A stretch of DNA of 32,000 bases, taken from Synechocystis sp. PCC 6803 substr. PCC-P. Its GTDB lineage: Bacteria > Cyanobacteriota > Cyanobacteriia > Cyanobacteriales > Microcystaceae. The DNA lies in NCBI RefSeq assembly GCF_000284455.1, contig NC_017039.1, forward strand, positions 1,380,001-1,412,000, in the 5' to 3' direction. The position numbers and the translations under genes were made by a program. Positions 20,544 through 30,021 of this stretch are shown in pieces (positions within the stretch are counted from its first letter, which is position 1; each line of letters starts with the position of its first letter). The notes below the pieces were generated by a model. That model made no database searches. It saw only the letters and a list, made by a program, of their open reading frames with translations, and was not told where the DNA came from.

Positions 20544-20616
20544 GCCCCCATCGTCTAGAGGCCTAGGACACCTCCCTTTCACGGAGGCGACAGGGATTCG
20601 AATTCCCTTGGGGGTA
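20544..20616 (+). tRNA. tRNA-Glu (anticodon UUC)
   Basis: 73-nt GCCCCCATCGTCTAGAGGCCTAGGACACCTCCCTTTCACGGAGGCGACAGGGATTCGAATTCCCTTGGGGGTA folds as a cloverleaf: anticodon arm CCTCC-CTTTCAC-GGAGG, T arm AGGGA-TTCGAAT-TCCCT, acceptor GCCCCCA/TGGGGGT. Confidence 0.93.
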
Positions 20617-20633
20617 TTAAAAAAAAAGAAAAA

Positions 20634-20669
20634 ACGAAAAGAAGTTCTTCGGGGCTTCTTTTTTGTTGC
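20634..20669 (+). terminator. Rho-independent-like terminator after tRNA-Glu
   Basis: AAAAGAAGttcttcggggCTTCTTTTTT: complementary arms followed by a T tract. Confidence 0.6.
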
Positions 20670-20835
20670 TCACCCAAACAATTCCCCAAGAAGTTTAAAA
20701 CCCTCTTTCGGTTTATGGAACAGAAGAAGAAGCGGGGAGCTTGTCGAGGGAAACAGCGCAGAAATGGCAAGACCCAAACTCCATCTATGGCAGTATAGGG
20801 GCGTAGTTCTTTGTCCTTGAGGCTCTGTCTGGCAA

Positions 20836-22029
20836 ATGTTAATCCTGCGTCGCCTAATACTAGTTGTTTCCCTTAGTTTTGCCACGATCGCCATTGACAT
20901 TACTACGAGACCAGGGCTGGAACCAGTGCAAGGCCAGGGGGTGGAGACAGTAGACTCGCAAACACTAAAAGTGGGGGTGGTGGGCAATCCTCCCTTTGTC
21001 TTTTATGGAGAAGGAAAAAACGCAGCATTTACCGGTATTAGCCTAGATGTGTGGAGAGCAGTGGCCGAGTCCCAGAAGTGGAATTCAGAATATGTAAGGC
21101 AAAATTCCATCTCCGCAGGCATCACAGCGGTGGCGGAAGGGGAATTGGATATTTTAATTGGTCCCATTAGTGTTACCCCAGAGCGGGCCGCCATAGAGGG
21201 CATTACCTTCACCCAGCCCTATTTCAGTAGTGGCATTGGCCTGTTAATTCCAGGCAAACCGGTGAGTTTATGGGAAAGATTTTCGCCTTTTTTTGGCATA
21301 GCCGCTTTGTCTTCAGCGGGGGTACTTACTCTACTTTTATTTTTGGTGGGGAATTTAATTTGGTTAGCAGAACATCGCAAAAATCCTGAGCAGTTTTCCC
21401 CCCATTACCCAGAAGGAGTCCAAAATGGCATGTGGTTTGCCTTAGTTACCCTAACAACAGTGGGCTATGGCGATCGATCGCCGAGGACTAAGTTAGGGCA
21501 ACTGGTGGCGGGGGTATGGATGTTGGTGGCCTTATTAAGTTTTTCTTCCATTACGGCGGGGTTAGCTTCGGCTTTTTCCACGGCTCTTTCCGAAGCTAGT
21601 GCAACACCTTTGTTTAGAAGTGTGGGGGATTTGAAAAATAAAGAGGTGGCAGTGGTGCGGGATACCACAGCGGTGGATTGGGCTAATTTTTATCAGGCTG
21701 ACGTTAGGGAAACTAATAATTTGACAGCAGCCATTACCCTACTACAAAAAAAACAGGTGGAGGCGGTAATGTTCGACCGGCCAGCCTTAATTTACTACAC
21801 CAGACAGAATCCTAATCTTAACTTGGAGGTGACAGAAATTCGAGTTTCCCTGGAGCCCTATGGCTTTGTGCTCAAGGAAAATAGTCCTTTGCAAAAGACT
21901 ATCAATGTGGAGATGCTCAATTTGCTTTACAGCAGGGTAATTGCGGAATTTACCGAACGCTGGTTAGGGCCTGGGATTGAGGAAAATCAAGACCTTTTGC
22001 CCCAAAACATAGGAGAAAGCCCTAGCTAA
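20836..22029 (+). CDS. GluR0-type ionotropic glutamate receptor / glutamate-gated potassium channel
   Basis: Signal peptide, split periplasmic-binding ligand domain (VGNPPFVFYGEGKNAAFTGISLDVWRAVAESQKW...), then transmembrane pore with K+ selectivity filter ALVTLTTVGYGDRSPRTKLG, then a second ligand lobe. Confidence 0.93.
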   Translation: MLILRRLILVVSLSFATIAIDITTRPGLEPVQGQGVETVDSQTLKVGVVGNPPFVFYGEGKNAAFTGISLDVWRAVAESQKWNSEYVRQNSISAGITAVAEGELDILIGPISVTPERAAIEGITFTQPYFSSGIGLLIPGKPVSLWERFSPFFGIAALSSAGVLTLLLFLVGNLIWLAEHRKNPEQFSPHYPEGVQNGMWFALVTLTTVGYGDRSPRTKLGQLVAGVWMLVALLSFSSITAGLASAFSTALSEASATPLFRSVGDLKNKEVAVVRDTTAVDWANFYQADVRETNNLTAAITLLQKKQVEAVMFDRPALIYYTRQNPNLNLEVTEIRVSLEPYGFVLKENSPLQKTINVEMLNLLYSRVIAEFTERWLGPGIEENQDLLPQNIGESPS

Positions 22030-22124
22030 ACCCTGGTAAAACTTATAATACCGTTCTGGCTCTGCAACCCTACTAATTACTGTCAGGAACAGCCAAAGTA
22101 TTTTTTGGACTGGGAGCGCAAACA

Positions 22125-22229
22125 ATGCCTTTTATTGATGTTAGCCTTGGACTAGCTGTGTTCCTGGGGTTTATTTTCTCGGTAATGGCAGCTAGGTTCT
22201 TTTTGAAAATTTGGCTGCACTATCTATGA
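22125..22229 (+). CDS. Unlisted 34-aa hydrophobic small protein
   Basis: ATG 22125 to TGA 22229 encodes MPFIDVSLGLAVFLGFIFSVMAARFFLKIWLHYL. GGAG lies about 9 nt upstream of the ATG, and the stop overlaps the next gene's ATG (ATGA). Confidence 0.5.
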   Translation: MPFIDVSLGLAVFLGFIFSVMAARFFLKIWLHYL

Positions 22230-22981
22230 GTACCATCAAGGCCCTGTTACCGCCAAAATTCCCCCAATTACTGACTGGTTTAGCTTTACTTTCCCTGTCT
22301 TTGGTGGTCAGCACGGCGATCGCCGCCAAGGCCTTACTGGAAGTAAAAAATGCTAATGATGTATTAATAGTTACGGGGTCAGCCAAACGACCCATCACTT
22401 CTGACTACATTGTTTGGGGATTATCTGTCTCTAGTCAGCAGCCCACCGCCCAGGCAGCTTACCAGGATTTACAAAGTCAAACTGAACGGGTGCAAGCCTA
22501 TCTCCAAGCAAAAAATGTGCCCACGGCAGCCATTAGTATGGGGGCGATGGAAACCTATGCCATTCCCGAAGTTACTGAAAATGGGCAGGAAACCGGGAGA
22601 ACCTTGGCCTATCGTCTTACGCAACGGTTTGAAATTAGTGCCGATGACGTGGATCGTTACAGCAAATTGTCCCAGGAAGCCACCGAATTGATTAATGAAG
22701 GCATTAATTTAACGGTAGAACCGCCCCAGTATCTTTATACTCAGTTAGCCCCCCTCCGCATTGAAATGGTGGCCGAAGCAACCAAGGATGCCAAAGCTCG
22801 GGCCGAGGCGATCGCCAGTAGCACCAATAGCAAAGTGGGGGCAGTGCGGAGTGCCCAAACCGGAGTTTTTCAAATTACCTCCCGCAATTCCACCGATGTC
22901 AACGACATGGGAATCTATGACACCTCTTCCATCGAGAAAGACATCACCGCAGTGGTTTCCATCACTTTTAGTATGAAATAA
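22226..22981 (+). CDS. SIMPL-domain (DUF541) protein
   Basis: N-terminal hydrophobic segment, VLIVTGSAKRPITSDYIVWGLSVSSQQP..., and C-terminal EAIASSTNSKVGAVRSAQTGVFQITSRNST, typical of DUF541/SIMPL. Confidence 0.8.
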   Translation: MSTIKALLPPKFPQLLTGLALLSLSLVVSTAIAAKALLEVKNANDVLIVTGSAKRPITSDYIVWGLSVSSQQPTAQAAYQDLQSQTERVQAYLQAKNVPTAAISMGAMETYAIPEVTENGQETGRTLAYRLTQRFEISADDVDRYSKLSQEATELINEGINLTVEPPQYLYTQLAPLRIEMVAEATKDAKARAEAIASSTNSKVGAVRSAQTGVFQITSRNSTDVNDMGIYDTSSIEKDITAVVSITFSMK

Positions 22982-23111
22982 TTATCTGAAAATTTTACCA
23001 AGGCTGTTACTCTGTCCGTATTTTCCCTGATAATTAAAAGATCTAACCGATGAATGATTGATCTTTGTTGGTTTTCGTTCCACGATGTAAAGATTAGAGT
23101 CGATAAAAGCC

Positions 23112-23810
23112 ATGCTGTTTCGTCAATTGTTTGATCCGGAAACCTCCACTTACACCTACGTAATTGCTGACCCCAAGGGTCGGTCTGCGGCCTTGGTAGA
23201 TTCTGTTTTAGAACAAGTGGATAGGGATCTAAACTTGCTCAAAGAATTGGATCTCAAGTTAACTTTTTGTCTGGAAACCCACGTCCATGCCGACCATATC
23301 ACCGGAGCGGGAAAACTACGGCAATTAACAGGTTGTCAAAACCTCGTACCCCAGTATGCTGAGGTGGACTGTGCTGACCGCCATTTGCAGGACGGGGAAA
23401 TTGTTCATGTTGGCTCCATACCCATCCAGGCGATCGCCACTCCGGGGCACACCGATAGCCATTTAGCTTTTTTGGTCAATCAAACCCATGTGTTGACGGG
23501 GGATGCTCTGCTCATCCGGGGCTGTGGCCGGACGGATTTCCAAAGTGGAGATGCCGGTACGTTGTATGACGCTATCCACGGTAAATTATTCACCCTGCCG
23601 GAGGATGTTTTTGTCTATCCGGGCCATGACTACCGGGGCCACACCGTTTCCACTATTGGGGAAGAAAAACGTTTTAACCCCCGCTTATTAGGGCGCGATC
23701 GCCAGAACTTTATCGAATTTATGGATAGTTTAAATCTGCCTGATCCAAAGAAAATTATGGAAGCGGTGCCCGCCAATCAACTCTGTGGTCAAAGGACTGT
23801 TGCGGTTTAA
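23112..23810 (+). CDS. ETHE1-like persulfide dioxygenase / metallo-beta-lactamase-fold hydrolase
   Basis: MLFRQLFDPETSTYTYVIAD...ETHVHADHITGAGKLRQLTG, GHTDSHLAFLV, RGCGRTDFQSGDAGTLYDAIHGKLFTLPEDVFVYPGHDYRGHTVSTIGEEKRFNPRL; ETHE1-family residues. Confidence 0.9.
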   Translation: MLFRQLFDPETSTYTYVIADPKGRSAALVDSVLEQVDRDLNLLKELDLKLTFCLETHVHADHITGAGKLRQLTGCQNLVPQYAEVDCADRHLQDGEIVHVGSIPIQAIATPGHTDSHLAFLVNQTHVLTGDALLIRGCGRTDFQSGDAGTLYDAIHGKLFTLPEDVFVYPGHDYRGHTVSTIGEEKRFNPRLLGRDRQNFIEFMDSLNLPDPKKIMEAVPANQLCGQRTVAV

Positions 23811-23865
23811 AGACTTGCTCCAAGACTAATCAAGATCCATTTCCCGGAAAAATCCGTTCACAATT

Positions 23866-24399
23866 ATGGTCAGTTGGTGTCAGTCCCTTTTCCTTCGCTG
23901 GGGTAAGGTTTTAACCCTAACAGTGCTTAGCTTTGGGCTTTGCTGTGCCTGTTTAACTCTTTGGCCGGTGGCAACTCCAGCCCTAGTACGGGAGACTACG
24001 GAACAGCCGGGGCAAACCCTGATCCAGTCTCGTCAATCCCTACGGGACCAGGAAGGGAATACCTGGCAAGTGGTGTTATTTAAAAGGACGAAAGCCAACG
24101 GTGATAGAGAAACCAATTTACGTTTAGTTGGTTTTCCTGGAGTCACATCCTTTCGCCATCCAGCCCCTTTGGTGGTTCGGGACAATGGTGGTAATACCGT
24201 TAACCTAACCGATCTTTTAGCAGAGAAAAGCCCCGGTGAAAATGTTGGTCAATTTTTGGTTACAACGGATTTTACCAATTTACAAATTAATGGCATTTGG
24301 GAATTGAATTTACCGTTGGCAGGGGGAGAACAACAAATCAAAGTTCCCTATTTTGTCCTCCAAGAATGGCAAAGTTTGTTGGCCAAGGCATCGGATTAA
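23866..24399 (+). CDS. Hypothetical exported or membrane-anchored protein
   Basis: 177 aa with one N-terminal hydrophobic segment; no family recognised. Confidence 0.6.
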   Translation: MVSWCQSLFLRWGKVLTLTVLSFGLCCACLTLWPVATPALVRETTEQPGQTLIQSRQSLRDQEGNTWQVVLFKRTKANGDRETNLRLVGFPGVTSFRHPAPLVVRDNGGNTVNLTDLLAEKSPGENVGQFLVTTDFTNLQINGIWELNLPLAGGEQQIKVPYFVLQEWQSLLAKASD

Positions 24400-24462
24400 T
24401 TGGCAACAGCTTAGCCACTAAATTTAAAATTATTAAAAACAAACTTAAGCGGAGATTAAACT

Positions 24463-25002
24463 ATGGCTAGCTCAACCCAAACCAATGTCACCATTGCCCC
24501 CAAAACTTTGCAACAATTGCGTCAACAGGATGCGGTAATTCTGGTTGATGTGCGGGAGCCCCTGGAATTTGTTGGGGAACACATTACCGATGCCTATTCT
24601 TTGCCTTTATCCCGATTGAATCCTAGCCAATTGCCCCAAGCGGAAGGAAAAACGACGGTACTCTATTGTCAAAGTAGTAACCGTTCCGGCAATGCCCTGC
24701 AACAATTGAGATCTGCTGGGGTGGAAGGAATCATTCATTTGGAAGGGGGATTATTAGCTTGGAAACAGGCTGGGTTGCCGACGGTAAAAACAAAAAATGC
24801 CCCCATCAGCATTATGCGTCAGGTGCAAATTATTGCCGGTAGTTTGGTTTTGACCGGGGTTTTGCTGGGCAGTTTTGTCGCCCCTGGATTTTATTTTCTC
24901 AGTGGTTTTGTCGGCGCAGGATTATTATTTGCCGGACTTTCTGGCACCTGTATGATGGCTAATCTTTTGGGCAAATTACCCTACAACCAAATTAAGGACT
25001 AA
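24463..25002 (+). CDS. Rhodanese-domain protein with C-terminal membrane segment
   Basis: AVILVDVREPLEFVGEHITDAYSLPL, active-site loop TVLYCQSSNRSGNA, then DUF2892-like hydrophobic tail. Confidence 0.9.
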   Translation: MASSTQTNVTIAPKTLQQLRQQDAVILVDVREPLEFVGEHITDAYSLPLSRLNPSQLPQAEGKTTVLYCQSSNRSGNALQQLRSAGVEGIIHLEGGLLAWKQAGLPTVKTKNAPISIMRQVQIIAGSLVLTGVLLGSFVAPGFYFLSGFVGAGLLFAGLSGTCMMANLLGKLPYNQIKD

Positions 25003-25007
25003 TAACC

Positions 25008-25874
25008 ATGGCACTCCAAGTGGTGGGCTATTTTTTGGCAAGTTGCATTGGCCTAAGTTTGGGGCTTTTGGGAGGTGGCGGCTCGGTGTTAGCCCTGCCC
25101 ATTTTGGTCTATGTCATGCAGGTTCCCCCCAAGGCGGCGATCGCCATGACGTTAGTGATTGTGGGGGCCGTGAGCTTGATTGGGGTCATTCCCCATTGGC
25201 ATCGGGGTAATGTTAATCTCCCCAAGGCCCTGATTTTTGGTTCAGCCACCATGGTGGGAGCTTTTGGCGGGGCTAAGCTAGCCGCTCTTCCTTTAGTGAC
25301 AGAAACGTTTCAGTTGATTTTATTTGCGGTGCTGATGCTGGTGGCGGCTATTTTTATGATCCGCAAAGCCCAACAACGACCCCAGTTATCCTCCACAGAG
25401 GATCCTGATTTAGCCACCTATCCCGCCCCCATTTGTAAATATTGTTGGCTGTGGCTACTGACGGAAGGCATTGCCATTGGCGTTTTAACCGGGCTGGTGG
25501 GAGTGGGGGGAGGATTTGCCATTGTACCCGCCCTAGTGTTGCTGGGAAAATTGCCCATGAAAGAGGCGATCGGGACTTCCCTGTTGATTATTGCCTTTAA
25601 CTCTGTGGCCGGCTTTTTAGGTTATTTTGGCCAAGTTAGTTTGGATTATCATCTGATGGTGAGTTTTACGTTCTTCGCCGCCCTGGGAATTTTATTGGGT
25701 TCCTATCTATCCAGTTTTGTTGACGCCAAAAATCTCCAAAAAGGTTTTGCTTATTTCCTCATGGCGATCGCCGCCTTTATTTTGTTCCAACAACGGGATA
25801 CTTTCCGAAGCTCCAAAGTTAATAGCTATCTGCCCGAAATAAGCTCCCAAGTATTGCTGCAAAAAGCACAGTAG
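25008..25874 (+). CDS. TauE/SafE-family sulfite/organosulfur exporter-like permease
   Basis: GLSLGLLGGGGSVLALPILVYVM and GLVGVGGGFAIVPALVLLGKLPMKEAIGTSLLIIAFNS, the repeated TauE/SafE motif. Confidence 0.9.
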   Translation: MALQVVGYFLASCIGLSLGLLGGGGSVLALPILVYVMQVPPKAAIAMTLVIVGAVSLIGVIPHWHRGNVNLPKALIFGSATMVGAFGGAKLAALPLVTETFQLILFAVLMLVAAIFMIRKAQQRPQLSSTEDPDLATYPAPICKYCWLWLLTEGIAIGVLTGLVGVGGGFAIVPALVLLGKLPMKEAIGTSLLIIAFNSVAGFLGYFGQVSLDYHLMVSFTFFAALGILLGSYLSSFVDAKNLQKGFAYFLMAIAAFILFQQRDTFRSSKVNSYLPEISSQVLLQKAQ

Positions 25875-26066
25875 ATCCAAAAGAATGAATTAACAGAATT
25901 GATACTTACCATTGATTAACAGATTGATGGGTAGGGCAAATTAGCTAACTGTCCCCGGCAATTTTGCCAAAGTAACCGAAGAACTACAATCAATGGGGAA
26001 ATCGACACTTTTTAACCCATCTGGCCGTCTCGGGTTCCATTGCCCGTTCTTTGCCCTGCTTCATCA

Positions 26067-27482
26067 TCCATGCTTTCCCTGCTCACACCTCTAGTTCTGG
26101 CCCAAGCTAATCCGATCGCCATTCCCATCACGCCACCACCGGTAATTACCCAGCCCGCCCCCACCATCGGTGACACTCCCCAAGAACTAAAAGTTGTGCA
26201 GCCAGTGCGCCCTTTGCCAGGGCAACTAGACCAAATTCCCGTTTTTAACAGTAACAGTCCTGAACTGATTTTTAACGAAGGCATTATCCTCTCCACTTTG
26301 CCTTCCATTGGCATGGGCCATCCCTATGCCCACCTAAATCATCCTTTCCGAGGTCGGTTTGATGTCTTTGCCCACCACGTTGTCCAGGCTTCCCCTGAAG
26401 GGAAAACTTTATATTTAGGGGTGTTACTGTTCAATGGCAGTCGGCAGGATGCCACGGTGGAAATTCTGCAGGGGGCCAGTTCCCTCACTTCCCCCGACGC
26501 TCTATTTATCGATCTTCCGCCGGTGGTGGAAAACAATGACGGGAATGTATTTGCTGGCCCCGGCAGTCGGGTGACCAATGACGTACTACGGGGCAAAAGA
26601 CAAACGGATTACCCAGACAAATTCGTCATTCCTGCCGGCCAAAGCCGCATGTTAATTAATCAGCCTTTGCCGGTGAACTATACCCCAGTGCCTGGGCAAC
26701 CACCGCCGATTCGACTACCCCGCAACGGTTTTTCCGCTTACTTACGACTTAATACCAACGTCCCCATTCATGCCGCCAGCATGGCCATGTATGCTCCCCA
26801 GAATAGCCTTGGTGTAGAACAGGCTCCCCGTTTGGCCGATTGGGAAAATTTGCTCAAAACTGCCAACCTGATGCAACCCAGGGACCGCATTCCCCGTAAT
26901 AGCCAACGCCGCATTTATAGCCGGGTGGCGGGGGTTTCCATTGGCTCCCAGTGGCAAGCCACCATCACTGATGACAACAGCCAAAAGCTAACCATTCCCG
27001 AACCGGGACAGGGTTTTTCCTATCCCATTAGCGCTTTGGAAGGGGGCCGCATGGGCACCGGGCAAAATCAGTCTGCCCCCATGGCGGTGCGTTACCCTGA
27101 CACAGCCTATGAGTCCCACGGTAATTATGGAGTGCAATATAGTTTGACCTTGCCCTTGGTGAACAATACCAATCGCAATCAGACCGTGGACCTGACGGTG
27201 GAAACTCCCCTCAAATTCAACGATGCCCCCAATGATCAGCTAACTTTTTTGGTACCTCCTGCGGTCAATGTCTTTTTCCGAGGCACAGTAAGATTCAGCT
27301 ATACCGATCGCCGGGGGCAAACCAATAACCGTTACTACCATCTGGTGCAACGGCGGGGCCAAAAGGGAGAAAATTTGGTCAGCCTCGACCTCAAACCAGG
27401 GGAGGCAAGAACTGTGCAGGTGGATCTGCTTTATCCCCCCGACGCGACTCCGCCCCAACTGTTAACAGTGAGAACTCGCTAG
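26067..27482 (+). CDS. Exported DUF3370-like cyanobacterial protein
   Basis: Long ORF with signal-like N-terminus MLSLLTPLVLAQANP; DUF3370 assignment is from memory. ORF begins 26040. Confidence 0.6.
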   Translation, partial: SMLSLLTPLVLAQANPIAIPITPPPVITQPAPTIGDTPQELKVVQPVRPLPGQLDQIPVFNSNSPELIFNEGIILSTLPSIGMGHPYAHLNHPFRGRFDVFAHHVVQASPEGKTLYLGVLLFNGSRQDATVEILQGASSLTSPDALFIDLPPVVENNDGNVFAGPGSRVTNDVLRGKRQTDYPDKFVIPAGQSRMLINQPLPVNYTPVPGQPPPIRLPRNGFSAYLRLNTNVPIHAASMAMYAPQNSLGVEQAPRLADWENLLKTANLMQPRDRIPRNSQRRIYSRVAGVSIGSQWQATITDDNSQKLTIPEPGQGFSYPISALEGGRMGTGQNQSAPMAVRYPDTAYESHGNYGVQYSLTLPLVNNTNRNQTVDLTVETPLKFNDAPNDQLTFLVPPAVNVFFRGTVRFSYTDRRGQTNNRYYHLVQRRGQKGENLVSLDLKPGEARTVQVDLLYPPDATPPQLLTVRTR

Positions 27483-27509
27483 ATTTGGCTTAGCGGTTTT
27501 TCGTTGAGT

Positions 27510-28541
27510 TTAAGCCGTGGCCACTTTTGTCGACTTCCCTTCCTCCTCCGTTTCCTCTTCCCCCAACCCCAATTCCCGTTTGAGGATGGCAATGGATTTT
27601 TCGCCAATGTAATGTTCAGAGCAAATAATTTCCGGCATCCGGATTAAATCATGGCGTTCCGCTTCGATCGCCTGACGCACAATGGGTTCACTGGCGGGAT
27701 CGGTGATAATGGTGCGGGCAGTGCGGACTAGGGAGCGTAATTTCTGGGGATCGCTCACCAGAGCCGATTTCAAAAAGAGGGATTCTCCCCGCAGGCTGTG
27801 GATAAGAATTTCGGCAATGGTGAGAATGCCGGGGCTAAGGCTCACAATGCCTAAGCAGGAATTCTCTGGCAGAGCTTTGACCAACTCTAGCTCTTTGCTG
27901 TAATCGTAAATATCAACGGGAATCACCCGCACATCATAGGGAGTAGCAATGGACTCCGCCTCGGCCAAAAAATAACGACTGGTGACCACCGTGCCAGAAG
28001 GCAATTCGGACAAGGTTTGTTTGAGGGTTTCCATGGGCACCAACTGCACCGGAATTACTAAAGCTTGTTCTAATTCATTAAGAATTAACTGCCCCGCCCC
28101 GATGTCCCGCTGGGGCACAGTGACCAACACCCTAGCCGTACTACGCAGCCGCCAATCAATGGTTTCCAAACAAAGCTCTTTCACTTGGGAGAGGTTTAAC
28201 CCCTGACCCAGCAGTTCATCAATGGTTTTTTGGATTAGTTGACTGGCTTCGGGATATTCCCGGAATAGGGGGCCATCGAGGATCATGCCCTCCTCGGTGC
28301 TGGGGGCTTTGACATAAATGCCTGAACCAGCAATGGATTCCACCAGGCCCGCATCTTCCAGATTTTGGTAAACCTTACTGATGGTGTTGCGGTGCAAGCC
28401 CGTCATCATGGCCAGTTGTCTAGTACTGGGCAAACGGTGCCCCGGATGATACTGGCGGGAGGCGATCGCAAAACGAATTTGGTCAAATAACTGCTTGGAA
28501 GCGGGAATTTCGCTGTCGTTTTGAATTTGGAACTGTAGCAT
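27510..28541 (-). CDS. GntR-family transcriptional regulator with large C-terminal domain
   Basis: ASKQLFDQIRFAIASRQYHPGHRLPSTRQLAMMTGLHRNTISKVYQNLEDAGLVESIAGSGIYV is a GntR winged helix. ORF begins 28676; the start is likely MLQFQIQND at about 28541. Confidence 0.9.
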   Translation of the reverse strand: MLQFQIQNDSEIPASKQLFDQIRFAIASRQYHPGHRLPSTRQLAMMTGLHRNTISKVYQNLEDAGLVESIAGSGIYVKAPSTEEGMILDGPLFREYPEASQLIQKTIDELLGQGLNLSQVKELCLETIDWRLRSTARVLVTVPQRDIGAGQLILNELEQALVIPVQLVPMETLKQTLSELPSGTVVTSRYFLAEAESIATPYDVRVIPVDIYDYSKELELVKALPENSCLGIVSLSPGILTIAEILIHSLRGESLFLKSALVSDPQKLRSLVRTARTIITDPASEPIVRQAIEAERHDLIRMPEIICSEHYIGEKSIAILKRELGLGEEETEEEGKSTKVATA

Positions 28542-28756
28542 TTTAGGGAATGGTAAACGAGGAGTAGGCAGATTCAGTCCGGATTTCATCCCAGGGCTTA
28601 AGACGGCCCTAACTGGGGAAAGGTTCATTGACGGTTTGGTTTTGATCGCCACTGGTAACCTTGCCCAAGCCATCACTTATTGCCGATATTGCCGACAAAA
28701 TTTTCCAACACCTTCCCAATTAATTTTCACCGATTATAAAATTCTCAAAATTTCCA

Positions 28757-29179
28757 TCAACTTTTAAAGGGCCGGAGCCAATCCCTAGCCATGGCCCAAT
28801 CGAGGCTGGAACGAACTACAGCAAAACCAATCAGACTTTCCCCCATCAAAATGGCGATCGCCAGGGGGTCTTCAGTGGTGGGTAACGCGATCAGTCCGCT
28901 GCTCCGCACCAAAGTGAAAGCTAAAACCGCCCCGTCCCGGAGATGGGCATTGTCATCCTGGCGAATGATGTAACGATAGGTGACAGCAAATAAAAAGCCA
29001 CTCAGCAAACCACTACCAAAGTTCAAACCCAGGTTAATCCAGTCCGAATTGAGTGTGCTTGTCAGTAGGTTGAAATAGGTGTTGCCCAGCAAGGTCAATC
29101 CATAAACCAACCCAAAGGCGGTCGCCCCGAGGCAACCGGCCTTAATGGACTCCAAACGTTCTTGAAAGCTTAATTGCAC
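28757..29179 (-). CDS. Hypothetical membrane protein
   Basis: 140 aa with at least two hydrophobic segments (GCLGATAFGLVYGLTLLGNTYF, LNFGSGLLSGFLFAVTYRYI). Confidence 0.6.
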   Translation of the reverse strand: MQLSFQERLESIKAGCLGATAFGLVYGLTLLGNTYFNLLTSTLNSDWINLGLNFGSGLLSGFLFAVTYRYIIRQDDNAHLRDGAVLAFTLVRSSGLIALPTTEDPLAIAILMGESLIGFAVVRSSLDWAMARDWLRPFKS

Positions 29180-29213
29180 CCGTCATCACCCCCCAGAACG
29201 AACCATCGATCAA

Positions 29214-30017
29214 TTATTGCAGGAAAGCTAAAATTTCACTGTGCAATTTTGGGTTAGGACTGGCCACAACTTCCGTGGACTCTGGGGTTAACTCTTTGCC
29301 CTGCCAATCGGTAAAACAGTAATTTGCCCCGGTCAAAATGGGGATCAATGCACAAAAGTCATAAAAATTTAAATCCGCTTCCACTATTACTAAGGGCATG
29401 GCTGTCCAACCGCTAGCGGCACTGAGGTAATTGAAACAATCTCCCCCAAAGGCGGTGCGCTGACATTGGCGGTAAATATCAGCCATTTTCTGTTGCTGAA
29501 CCGGGGTGGTGAACATTAGTGGTGTGGTGGAGACAATACAGGCGGCAGTTAAATTAATTTCGCTTGCTTTATAGGGATTAACCAAGGGAATGCCATTAAC
29601 GTTACTTTGCTCTCCCTGTACCCCCTGCCATCGATCACCGCTGATGGGTTGGTGGGCAATGCCCAGCACTGGCCGCATATCTGCATCTACTAAGCCAATG
29701 AGGGTGGCAAAAATTGGCAAGCCCCGCACAAAGGAGGAAGTGCCGTCAATGGGGTCTAACACCCAGGTATAGCCAGACTTTCCCGCAATATTTTTGCCTT
29801 CCTCCCGAATTACGCCATCCTGGGGGAATTGTGCCTGGATTAAATCCACCATGGCCTGTTCTGCTTCTTCATCGGCTTGGGTAACAATGGCGGAAACCTG
29901 GTCTATTTTTGTTCCACCCTGTAAATGGGAACGGCGAAAGTATTGAATAAGGATCTCCCCGGAAACGGCGGCCAACTGCTGGGCAATGAATAGTCTTTGT
30001 TCAACCTCTGGTAACAT
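29214..30017 (-). CDS. Inositol-monophosphatase-family phosphatase, possibly histidinol-phosphatase (HisN-like)
   Basis: TQADEEAE, WVLDPIDGTSSFVRGLPIFATLIGL and C-terminal ALIPILTGANYCFTDWQG are IMPase-family metal/catalytic motifs; only 4 bp downstream of hisC. Confidence 0.88.
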   Translation of the reverse strand: MLPEVEQRLFIAQQLAAVSGEILIQYFRRSHLQGGTKIDQVSAIVTQADEEAEQAMVDLIQAQFPQDGVIREEGKNIAGKSGYTWVLDPIDGTSSFVRGLPIFATLIGLVDADMRPVLGIAHQPISGDRWQGVQGEQSNVNGIPLVNPYKASEINLTAACIVSTTPLMFTTPVQQQKMADIYRQCQRTAFGGDCFNYLSAASGWTAMPLVIVEADLNFYDFCALIPILTGANYCFTDWQGKELTPESTEVVASPNPKLHSEILAFLQ

Positions 30018-30021
30018 CTCC

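Noticed and set aside
20579-20820. Small ORFs 20579..20770 and 20608..20820
   Set aside because: They overlap the tRNA-Glu 3' part and its terminator; sequence is lysine/arginine-rich run translation with no support.
23112-23810. Glyoxalase II (hydroxyacylglutathione hydrolase) assignment
   Set aside because: Shares the metallo-beta-lactamase fold, but the RGCGRTDFQSGDAGTLY and VYPGHDY segments and sulfur-gene neighbours favour the ETHE1 type. Not proven without an assay.
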